DNA of 60,687 bases, taken from contig JBBTXY010000019.1 of assembly GCA_038062075.1 (NCBI GenBank), positions 1 to 60,687 of the forward strand, written 5' to 3'. The notes beneath the pieces were generated by a model that was not told where the DNA came from, searched no databases, and saw nothing but the letters and a program-made list of their open reading frames with translations. How positions within the stretch are numbered: the stretch's first letter is position 1; the number at the start of each line of letters is the position of its first letter. This document shows, piece after piece, positions 18,017-27,100 of the stretch. The DNA comes from Patescibacteria group bacterium. GTDB lineage: Bacteria > Patescibacteriota > Minisyncoccia > Phycocordibacterales > UBA2100. Both the position numbers and the translations under genes were made by a program.

Positions 18017-19372
18017 TTATACATGCACGAGGGAGCGGATGTGTTCCAATTCTTGCTCGAGGATGTTGTTCCGTTTTACTTCTTCTTTTATCTTCTCGCA
18101 CGAGTGGATGACGGTCGTGTGGTCGCGTCCGCCCAATTTTTCTCCAATAGAAGGGTAGGACACATTGAATTCCTCACGGAGGATATACATGATGATCTGC
18201 CGCGGCTTCACCACTTCCTTTTTGCGGGTCTTTTCGTAAATGCTCTTCTCGGCGATCTCGTAGTACTGTGCGATGCGGCGGACCACTTCCTCGACGGAGA
18301 CCCCCTTGTTGGGGCGGATGTTGTGTTTAATGAGAGCGCGGACGTCCGGGAGTGAGATGGTCTTCCCTTTCAGTTGTGATTTGCAGACGATCATGTTGAG
18401 GATGCCTTCGAGCTCACGGATGTTGCCCCGCACATTCTCGGCGATATAGGCAACAATGTCGTCGGCGAGGCTAAAGCCCAACTGCTCGACTTTCGCTCGG
18501 ATGATCGCTGCGCGCGACTCCACATCAGGCTCGGGGATCTCCATAATGATGCCCCCTGAAAGGCGCCCGCGGACGCGCTCTTCGAAGCCGGGGAGGAGCA
18601 TAGGATGCTTATCACTCGAGAAAATGATCTGCTTGTTGTTGTCGTGCATCGCGTTGAAGAGGTGGAACAATTCCTCTTGCGTGCGCTCTTTCTCTGCCAT
18701 GAATTGCACGTCGTCCATGATGAGGACGTCGTACTGGCGGTACTGGTCCTTGAACTCATTGGCGCGCCCCTTCTGGACGGCGTTGATGAAGTCGACCGCG
18801 AAACGCTCCGACGAGACGTAGAAGACCTTTTTATTGCTGTGGTTTTTCTTGAAGTGGTTGCCGATGGCTTGGATGAGGTGGGTCTTTCCATGCCCCGTCG
18901 AACCGTAGACGAAAAAGGGGTTATAGGCTAATCCGGGGCGCTCGACGACTGCTTTTGCAGCAGCATGTGCGAGTTGGTTGAAAGGGCCGACGATGAACGT
19001 GTCGAAAGTGTAGCGCGGGTTCAGGTTGTCGCGCTTATCGATGTAGAGGGTGCCGAGATCGAGGGCGGCGTTCTCTTGTGCTGATTGGTGTTTTTCGGGA
19101 CGACGCTCTCCCCCTATTGCTACCGAGCGGTGGACGACGTAGTCAACGGAGCGGATAGTATTATCTAAGGTGCGCAGAGTCCCCAAAATAAGCTTGTGAT
19201 GCTTATCCATGAGCCATTCCTTGACGATCTTTGAAGGGACCGCGACCTGTACGATGCTCGCGTCACGCGAAACAATATCGGTATTACGGAACCACGTCCG
19301 GAAACTAGCTTGCGAGGTGCCAAGCTCGATTTGCACCAAAGCGTTCTGCCATAGCTCGCGATTACTCGTCAT
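18017..19372 (-). CDS. dnaA: chromosomal replication initiator DnaA
   Basis: AAA+ motifs (GSTGHGKTHL, LIMDDVQF) and the C-terminal DnaA-box-binding domain (GGRDHTTVIHSCEKI). Confidence 0.97.
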   Translation of the reverse strand: MTSNRELWQNALVQIELGTSQASFRTWFRNTDIVSRDASIVQVAVPSKIVKEWLMDKHHKLILGTLRTLDNTIRSVDYVVHRSVAIGGERRPEKHQSAQENAALDLGTLYIDKRDNLNPRYTFDTFIVGPFNQLAHAAAKAVVERPGLAYNPFFVYGSTGHGKTHLIQAIGNHFKKNHSNKKVFYVSSERFAVDFINAVQKGRANEFKDQYRQYDVLIMDDVQFMAEKERTQEELFHLFNAMHDNNKQIIFSSDKHPMLLPGFEERVRGRLSGGIIMEIPEPDVESRAAIIRAKVEQLGFSLADDIVAYIAENVRGNIRELEGILNMIVCKSQLKGKTISLPDVRALIKHNIRPNKGVSVEEVVRRIAQYYEIAEKSIYEKTRKKEVVKPRQIIMYILREEFNVSYPSIGEKLGGRDHTTVIHSCEKIKEEVKRNNILEQELEHIRSLVHV

Positions 19373-19685
19373 ATGCTAGAGATTCTTAGCGAGCGCAGCA
19401 ACTTGAGAGGCTCTTGCATTCCGCCCCAATTTTGAATGCAAAACGTTATGTCATCAGAGCCTGTTTTAGATGGATGAGTACTCAGACAGACTCTCTTTCC
19501 ATCCGTATCAAAATTGGGGCGGGACAGGCGCACGCACATAGTGGGGACATTATACGCTTATCACTTGGTTGTGGAAGTCATACAAGAAGGCACCAAAGAT
19601 GTTCACAAGGTGTGTACAACGTGGGGATAGGAGGAGAGCTCTTCGAGAGTGGTAAAAAGCGAAGGATCGTGCTACTCTTCTGTGC

Positions 19686-19820
19686 ATGAAGCGAAACTAC
19701 CAACCGAAGAAGAAAAAGCGAGCCACAACGCACGGATTCCGCGCGCGTCTGAAGACGAAAACAGGGATGCGGGTTCTCGCGCGCCGTCGCCGGAAGGGGC
19801 GCGCACGACTTGCGCTCTAA
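19686..19820 (+). CDS. rpmH: 50S ribosomal protein L34
   Basis: Hand translation gives [44 protein letters not shown]. At 44 aa it is below the ORF-track cutoff. Its stop overlaps the rnpA ATG (TAATG). Confidence 0.9.
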   Translation: MKRNYQPKKKKRATTHGFRARLKTKTGMRVLARRRRKGRARLAL

Positions 19821-20155
19821 TGCCAAAGAACTATCGTCTCACACGAGCTGATTTCGCTCGTATGCGGGGCTTCAAACGACTCCCAGGAGAGCTTTTCTCG
19901 CTCTCCTATGGCGCCATTCCTGGTCGAAAGATGCCAGGATTCGCCTGTGTGGTGTCTGCCAAAGCTATCGCTCGCGCCTCTGCCCGCAATACGGTAAAAC
20001 GCCGGTGCCGTGCCGTGTTTCGAAGGATCGTCGATACGCGGCACCCTCTCGTGTACGTTTATTATGCGAAAAAAGCGGCGCAGAGCGCTCCCTTTGGTGA
20101 GGTAGAGCGCGATGTACGTGCGCTCTATGCGCGGGTGCACTCTCCTCTCGCCTAG
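19820..20155 (+). CDS. rnpA: RNase P protein component
   Basis: [12 protein letters not shown]... with the RNR-like basic motif (ARNTVKRRCR). The position directly after rpmH is canonical. Confidence 0.85.
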   Translation: MPKNYRLTRADFARMRGFKRLPGELFSLSYGAIPGRKMPGFACVVSAKAIARASARNTVKRRCRAVFRRIVDTRHPLVYVYYAKKAAQSAPFGEVERDVRALYARVHSPLA

Positions 20156-20182
20156 CGGGATACGACAAGATACAATACCCCG

Positions 20183-20941
20183 ATGTTCTCATATTTGTTC
20201 TCGGCACTTATCTACGACCCGCTTTACAACGGGCTTATTTATTTGGTGGATGTCGTGCCCGCGCATGATGTGGGTATTGCCGTTGTCATTCTCACCGTCG
20301 TGGTGAAGATCATACTCTTTCCCCTCTCGAAACAGGCTATCCGCACGCAAGCGGCGATGCGCACTATCGCGCCGGAGATCGAAGAGATAAAGAAACGTCT
20401 CAAGGACAAACAGGAAGAGCAGGCACGCGCCATCTTTGCACTCTACCGTGAGCGCGGCGTCCGTCCTTTCTCGAGTTTTCTCCTCATCCTCATCCAGCTC
20501 CCTATCCTCATCGGTCTCTACTGGGTGTTCTGGAAAGGAGGGCTCCCGAGCGTGGATGTCTCACTTTTGTATTCGTTCGTGTCTGCCCCCGAGACGATCA
20601 ACATGGACTTTTTGGGTTTTCTTGATATGGGTGAGCGCAGCATCGTGCTTGCGATACTCACCGCCCTCACTCAATTTACGTATACGCGTCTTTCCATGGG
20701 TCCGCGGCAGCCGCGCCCTGCAGAGGCATCCCCCTCGTTCTCAACGGACATGGCGCGGAGCCTCGATCTGCAGATGCGCTACATCTTGCCGCTCTTTATT
20801 GGCGGCATCGCGCTCACGCTCGCCTCGGCCGTATCACTCTACTGGACGACGAGCAACATCTTCATGATCTTGCAAGAGCTCGCGATGGGGCGGCGCTTCA
20901 CGGAGAAGGCCGCTCTGTTACAGGCGTCCAAAAGCGCTTGA
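20183..20941 (+). CDS. yidC: membrane protein insertase YidC (short form)
   Basis: Five-TM Oxa1/YidC core (LFPLSKQAIRTQAAMRTIAPEIEEIKKRLKD). Canonical rnpA-yidC-jag order. Confidence 0.9.
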   Translation: MFSYLFSALIYDPLYNGLIYLVDVVPAHDVGIAVVILTVVVKIILFPLSKQAIRTQAAMRTIAPEIEEIKKRLKDKQEEQARAIFALYRERGVRPFSSFLLILIQLPILIGLYWVFWKGGLPSVDVSLLYSFVSAPETINMDFLGFLDMGERSIVLAILTALTQFTYTRLSMGPRQPRPAEASPSFSTDMARSLDLQMRYILPLFIGGIALTLASAVSLYWTTSNIFMILQELAMGRRFTEKAALLQASKSA

Positions 20942-20987
20942 AAAGGCTCTATTTGGTAGAGCGCGGGTTTCGTGGTAAACAAAGGGC

Positions 20988-21473
20988 ATGCTACGCGAAG
21001 CCCACACGATCCTCGAAGAGTTCCTTGCCGCGATGGGAGCGCAGTATTCCGGCATTTCAGAGGCGAGTGTGGCCGGGCAGACCGTTCTTACTATTGCAGC
21101 AGAGGACGCGAAACTCTTGATCGGCGCGCATGGCGACACCATCCATGCGATCGATTTTTTGGTGAAGCGGATACTCGAGCAGCGGCGTCTTGCGAGCACT
21201 CTCGTGCATGAGGGTGCTTCTCCGGAAGAGCCACATTTTCTCATTGATGTGAACGACTATCGCGCGCGGCAGATTCGCGATCTGCAATCGAAGGCCTTGA
21301 TGATGGCCGAGCGCGCGCGAAGCTTCCAATATGACGTCGAGCTCTCTCCCATGAGCGCCTACGAGCGCCTTATCGTCCACACGACTCTGCAGGATGCGCC
21401 GAACGTGAAGACCGAATCGCAGGGCGAAGGGCGCAATCGCCGCGTTGTTATCCGGTACACCAGCACTACTTAA
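20988..21473 (+). CDS. Jag/KhpB-like RNA-binding protein (KH + R3H domains)
   Basis: C-terminal R3H-like segment (ERLIVHTTLQDAPNVKTESQGEGRNRRVVI). Follows yidC. Confidence 0.8.
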   Translation: MLREAHTILEEFLAAMGAQYSGISEASVAGQTVLTIAAEDAKLLIGAHGDTIHAIDFLVKRILEQRRLASTLVHEGASPEEPHFLIDVNDYRARQIRDLQSKALMMAERARSFQYDVELSPMSAYERLIVHTTLQDAPNVKTESQGEGRNRRVVIRYTSTT

Positions 21474-21505
21474 TTGTCACAAAGTGTTTGTATGTTGGCT
21501 GGCGC

Positions 21506-21856
21506 TTATTGGCCTTTCACGGAGCGGAGAATGTTGAGGTTAAGAATATCGGGGTTGATCTGATTAAGAATGAGCCAGACGCTGAGTAGGAGAAGAAGGC
21601 CGAGAACAGCTTGACTGATGATCTCGCGCGCATTTTGTTTCTGCTGGAAAAGATCAGTCGTCATGTATTTGAAACCAGCGTAGCCGAGGCGCAGAACCGC
21701 AAGTATCGCACCTATTGCAAGCGCGGTGTAGAAGAGCGCGGAGAAAAAGTCCGCGAGGCTCGAATTGGGGTCGAAGAGCGCCGAGAGTTGCGACGGCTGC
21801 ACTGCCGTTTCTTGGAGCAGGACCTGTCCGAGGGGTGGTTGTGTATTCGGGTCCAT
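21506..21856 (-). CDS. TrbC/VirB2-like pilin candidate (two-TM hairpin protein)
   Basis: 116 aa with two hydrophobic helices (FFSALFYTALAIGAILAVL and AVLGLLLLLSVWLIL) separated by a basic loop. It is the last gene of the VirB4 operon, 2 nt after the previous stop. Confidence 0.45.
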   Translation of the reverse strand: MDPNTQPPLGQVLLQETAVQPSQLSALFDPNSSLADFFSALFYTALAIGAILAVLRLGYAGFKYMTTDLFQQKQNAREIISQAVLGLLLLLSVWLILNQINPDILNLNILRSVKGQ

Positions 21857-21858
21857 AG

Positions 21859-23118
21859 TTATTCAGCGATGCGCAGAAGCCACAGCGACTTATCACTCGC
21901 ATTCATGAAGGCGATGTAGTTCCCACTCTTATCGATCACGGGGCGCTCGACGTCGATCGCGGTCGCGTTGTTCATTGCGAAAAACTCTTCGGCTGTTCCA
22001 GCACTTCCGTCGACAACGTACCACGAGTCGGTCGTGTGCACGGTGCCGCGATACCAGTTGTCCAGGAAATTCGTTCCCGTCGGAGATTGTGGGACGGCGC
22101 AGTAAGCGACGAGTGTCCGCGTGGTAGTCGAGGGAGCATTGTCCGAGCGCGCCTGCGGCGCCCATGCGCATTTCTCTGCAGTGGTCGGAGTGGACGAGAG
22201 CGGAAGCAGAGTTCCCGTAGCCGATGTTTTCACCGCGAGGGAGAGCCCCGCGCCGCTATCGGTGCCGATGAGAAGTGCCTCCGAGCTTGCATGCGGGAGG
22301 AGCGTCAGGCCGGGGACCCCGCGCATAAGCGGCGTGAGGGTGCCGCTTATGCTCACCTCATATGCGTTCCCGAGGATACCGCTTGCTGCGCGCTCGACGA
22401 GGACTATGCGTCCATCAGAGAGAGGCGCCAGCTTAAAGTCTCCCGCGGCAAGCAAGAGTATCTCTTTCGCGCCAGTGCCGTCGAGCTTGGTGCGAACGAG
22501 ATGGGTGCCTGCCGCATCCGATACGATGAATGTCAGCTCGGTGCCGGAGAGAAACGCGATGTCGGAGATATGTGCACCGAGATTTACTCCTTCGAGCGCG
22601 AGGAGGCCGTCCTCGGTCGTGGTGCCGAATTGTCCCACAAACGTCGTTACCGCGTCATCCCTGAGGAACCGTTCGATGACGGTCTCGCCCTGCACGTGCG
22701 CAGCATATATTTTCGGAAGAAGGGTATTCGTCCGGCGGACGACGGTGCCGCCTTCAGGGTCGGCGTCGAAGACGTGCCCCGTCGAGCGCTCGACGAAGCG
22801 CACGAGGGACGACGTGCCATGGGGAACGAAACTAAATCCTGCGATCGGTGTTGCGTTCACGTGCCAGAGGCGCGGTGGGCGCGCACCCCCCTTTTTCTCA
22901 GAGCTTGCGCGTTCGCCGAATCCGGAGACGATGTTCTCGACGGTCGAGCCGCGCGAGCCGGCGAATGACGGGATACTGATATCGAAACCGCGCGCGAGGT
23001 CCGTCCCCTCGATGTTCGCGGTCTGCCGTGAGATGAAAAAGTACCAACCGGCAAGGCCAAAGAGAAGAAGAGTGATGGCCGCGAATCCGATGTAAGTGAA
23101 CGTGCGCTCGTTGGGCAT
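21859..23118 (-). CDS. membrane-anchored protein, possible beta-propeller (PD40/TolB-like C-terminal repeat); function unknown
   Basis: The start is taken at MPNERTF, 4 nt after the upstream stop. N-terminal TM segment, and C-terminal DKSGNYIAFMNASDKSLWLL resembling a PD40 repeat. Confidence 0.45.
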   Translation of the reverse strand: MPNERTFTYIGFAAITLLLFGLAGWYFFISRQTANIEGTDLARGFDISIPSFAGSRGSTVENIVSGFGERASSEKKGGARPPRLWHVNATPIAGFSFVPHGTSSLVRFVERSTGHVFDADPEGGTVVRRTNTLLPKIYAAHVQGETVIERFLRDDAVTTFVGQFGTTTEDGLLALEGVNLGAHISDIAFLSGTELTFIVSDAAGTHLVRTKLDGTGAKEILLLAAGDFKLAPLSDGRIVLVERAASGILGNAYEVSISGTLTPLMRGVPGLTLLPHASSEALLIGTDSGAGLSLAVKTSATGTLLPLSSTPTTAEKCAWAPQARSDNAPSTTTRTLVAYCAVPQSPTGTNFLDNWYRGTVHTTDSWYVVDGSAGTAEEFFAMNNATAIDVERPVIDKSGNYIAFMNASDKSLWLLRIAE

Positions 23119-23122
23119 AATG

Positions 23123-24169
23123 CTATTGATTTGTGAACGGATCAGTGCCGAAGATAGTCGCATTTCCCTGTATGAAGGTCAGCTGCCACGAGCCTGTGGC
23201 GCGCAGAAAGATGTCGGTGAGGCTCGTGAGCGAGAGCTCGATCGTCGCAGGGCCGGTGTAGTTGTTCGTGGTGATGAGGAGCGTGTGTGGTGCCTTTGGA
23301 TCGGGTGTGACGTTTTGGTCGTTCACGCGCCACACGTAGGTGAGCGACTGGTCGCGCGGCGACTCGACGTGGGCAAAGTAGGCAAAAGCAACAACTTCCT
23401 CTTCGGTCTCCGTCGTACGCGCGCCTGAAACGAGCGCGCGGTGGAAGAGCACCCCGAAGAGCGGATGGTTTTCGTAAAGCTCGAGCGAAGGATCCACTGA
23501 TTGAATGCGAGTGCGCGCTTCCCCGCGCAGCGTACCGTCAGTCGACTCTGCGACGACGCGGATATCGTCGGTCCCGAAAAGTGTTGGGCCGGGGAATGAG
23601 AACGATGACCTGCCGCGTCCGGAGGACATCCTGGTGTTCCCTTTGTACCACGTGTAAATGATGGATGTGTCGGGAAGAAGCGTGCCATTCGTTTGTTTGA
23701 ATCGCGCGAGCGCCTGCGCGCGGATAATTGCGCTCGTTCCCGGGAGCGCACGTCCCTCATAAAAGGGAGGCACATAGGAATCCGACTCCCACAGAAGATC
23801 GACCTCGGTGGGGCGGATCGTCGCTTGTGCGCTTCCGATAAGGCCCGCCTCATCCTCCGCAACGACCTCGACAGTCGTGCGTGAGCCAAGTGCTCCTGCG
23901 GTGACCGAGGCAGTCGTTACGCCGGTGCCGCGGGCAATTTCTTTCTCGTTCTCGTACCACACGACTTCACTACGATTAAGGTCGAGCCCGTAGCTCTGCA
24001 CGGTGAGACGCACGGTGTCTCCCGACATTGGGTACTCCGGCGTCATCGAGAGTGTAAGCGGCCGCTCGAGCCCCGTGAGTGAGAATTGCGCGCGCGCGGC
24101 AGGCGCATAAGCAAGGGAGAGGAGCGTGCCTGTAATAGTGAGAGAAACGAGAGAGAGGCGTGCGATCAT
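23123..24169 (-). CDS. secreted protein of unknown function
   Basis: Clear signal peptide (MIARLSLVSLTITGTLLSLAYAPAARA), beta-rich and repetitive. Its start overlaps the VirB4 stop by 4 nt. Confidence 0.5.
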   Translation of the reverse strand: MIARLSLVSLTITGTLLSLAYAPAARAQFSLTGLERPLTLSMTPEYPMSGDTVRLTVQSYGLDLNRSEVVWYENEKEIARGTGVTTASVTAGALGSRTTVEVVAEDEAGLIGSAQATIRPTEVDLLWESDSYVPPFYEGRALPGTSAIIRAQALARFKQTNGTLLPDTSIIYTWYKGNTRMSSGRGRSSFSFPGPTLFGTDDIRVVAESTDGTLRGEARTRIQSVDPSLELYENHPLFGVLFHRALVSGARTTETEEEVVAFAYFAHVESPRDQSLTYVWRVNDQNVTPDPKAPHTLLITTNNYTGPATIELSLTSLTDIFLRATGSWQLTFIQGNATIFGTDPFTNQ

Positions 24170-27100
24170 AGCGGCTGCGGGCCAGGCGGGAGCGGCGTCT
24201 GCGGCGGGATGATAGGGGCGCTTGGCGGAGGCTCAAGCGGTGTGCTGGCAGATAATGCCGAAGAAGAAGGTGGCGTTGTAGGAGGAGAGAACGACTGGAT
24301 TGGTGTGGGTGCCGGGGTGGGGATTGATTGAGGTGGAAGAGGCGATGGTCCTGGAGCGATTTCTGGCAGGGATTCGGATGCTGCTTGTTGCGGGACGCCA
24401 CTCATCTCTTTGAGCGCCGCCGCCTGCAGGGTCGCCGCAGCGCTTGAGACTTGGGTTCTCTCTGGCGCGGCAAACGCTTGTTCCGCGTCGAGTTCCGAGG
24501 AGCGCGCGAGTTCTTGTTTTGCCTTTTTGATGGCGAGGATCTGCGAGGGGTCGGACGTGATGATCTGGTCTTCGGTGTACGAGGCGATGACCTTAATGGC
24601 GACGTGCTTCAAGCCGGCGAAGAAAATCCCCTCCCCCACATCCGACTCCAACAACAAATATTTCTCTTCATCCGACAACTTAAACGTTTGCTGCACAAGG
24701 TCGACGGATGTGGGGGATTGGCGCAAAAGTATTTGGATCGATGAGTTGGTGATCATGGCAGTCCCGTAGGGTGAGGTCAAAAAGTCGTTCACGTCCTGCG
24801 TGATCGTTGAGAGACCGAGGTAGTATTTGCGGCCGCGCTTCGCGATACCGAAGAGGAAGGAAGCGGTGTCCTGCGATTTCATCATCCACCACGCCTCGTC
24901 GATGACGAGTAATCTCTTGCGCAGCTCTTTGCGCACCGTATTCCAGATGTGGTGCGTGATGATGTACATCGCGACGGGCTTCAGGTCATCTTCCATGTCG
25001 CGCACGGAAAAGACCACGAGCTTTTTGTTCATGTCGACGTTCGTCGGGCGGTTCATGAAACCCGACCAGGTGCCCTTCGTATACTTCGAGAGGCGCGCGA
25101 CCAAGGAGTCCGATCCCTCCATGCCGGAGAGGACGAGTTCGAAGTCGGAGAGAAGGGGCGGCTCGACGGACGCGAAGTTGGCTTCCGCAGTGATGTCTTT
25201 GAGCGCATAGGTTTCCGTGATTGCTCTGTCGATGACTGCGTCTTCTTCAGGCGTAAGGCCGCCGAGCATGATGCGGAAGAGGCCTACAAGCGTGATGATG
25301 TTGTTGCGCAGGATGTCTCCTGGACTTTCGTCCTCACGTGGAATGGGAAGATCGAAGGGGTTGATGTGGTGCTCGGAGGAGAGTGAAATATTAAAGTAGC
25401 GGCCGCCGACGGTCTCTGCAAGGTATTCATATTCACGTTCCGGGTCGATGACGATGACTTCCGTGTCGAACATGAGGGAGCGCAAAATTTCGAGTTTCGT
25501 GGTGTACGAGTTGTGTACGAACATGCCGCCGTGCCCTGCGAGAAACACCTCATCATCGACCGTAAGATCGTAGACGTACTTGTCTTTTTTGTTCGGCTTT
25601 TTGACGATCGACACGATCGGGTCCCAAAAAAGGTCTGCATTCGCGAGTGTCTTGAAGGTGGCAACGATTTCCTCGACGCGGTTCAGATTTTGCAGCGTGC
25701 GATGATACTCGTGCACGATGAATTGCGCCGCCGTGCGCAGGAGTTCGTACGACGAATTGTCACGCGTGCCATTGAGCGTTCGCGCCAAGTACTCATCAAA
25801 CCCGTTTGCATGAACATTAACTCGTTCGACGCCTTCCGAGATCATTCCCTTCAAGTCGTCGACCGTTTTAGGGGCATCTACCCCTGCAGTCTCGAATATT
25901 TTGAGCGCATTTTTCGTTCGTGGCGGCATACCTTGCTTTACGGTAAACCACGAACTGCTCAGTTTTTCGATAAGTGTGCGATTGAGCTCGCGATCCTCGT
26001 CGGCTTTTTTGACAATCGCTTCTACCGTCGGTAGATCTTGGAGTTTCTGCATGAAAGGATACAAGTCTTTGAACCTTTGCACGCGTGCCTCCATCATCTC
26101 GACGAGTTTTCCAAGCCGTTTCGGCGAGAGATCGTGTCCTTGCTTGAGTGCGGAAAAATCTGAAATGTCCGAGAGCTGCGTGTCAAAAAGCCCCGCCAGC
26201 TCCTGTGCAAGCGGCTGCAGTCCCGGGACGATGTCGCAATTGGTGTTTTCTACTTTCGTGGTAAGCCGCGCGAGCGCTTCTTTTTTGCGTGTTGAGATAA
26301 AACCTATGTGCTCCTGGAACTTGCGGAGATTGTCCTGTCCCGAGATGCTCATCTGCCAAAACGTCCGCTTGCGACCGGTTTTTGCGTATGTTTTCTGTCG
26401 TCGGTGAATCCGCACGATGATACCGAAGTAGTAGCACAGATAGGAAAGGTCTGAAATGAGTGCGCGTGATTTTGAAAGTGCAGTGACTGCGGCGCCATCT
26501 ACTCCACCGTCACCCTCGAAATAGGCACGGAGGTATGCAGCGACTGCTTCTCGGGGCGCATCGAATATGGGTCCCGCTACGTGCTTTTTGTGAGAGAGGC
26601 CTGCGCCTCGAATACCATGCACATAGTCGCGGAACGCGCTGCTGTAAATTGCAATCCACCGTGGATGGCTACCATGTCGAAGACTGAGTGCTGCGCAGCA
26701 GCGTTTAATGTCGGCAAGCCCCTCGGGGTCTTCATTACTAATAATAATAGAGCGGTCTGTGGTGCTTCCTTCGGCAGCGATCCAGCCAAGAAGAGCGCCT
26801 AAATCTGGAGACATCGGCGTCAGTGTTTGTGTGGCAGCAACCGTGATTGACCGTGGAAGCGGGATATACTCTCCCTCTTTCACATCCTCGCTTTTTGCAG
26901 CAACAACTCTCCCATCTCGCAAAACAAGCATATTGTGATCTGCTGTGGTTGTAATTTCGCGACCGCTTTTTGTTGTGAATGTGTAGTATGTGTCAGTGGC
27001 ATCCTTACGCGCTGCGACCGACACTTTACTCCAACGCCCTTTCATGTGCTTGTCGAAGCTAAATACTTCCACGTCGGGATCGATAACCCCCTCAAGCTCC

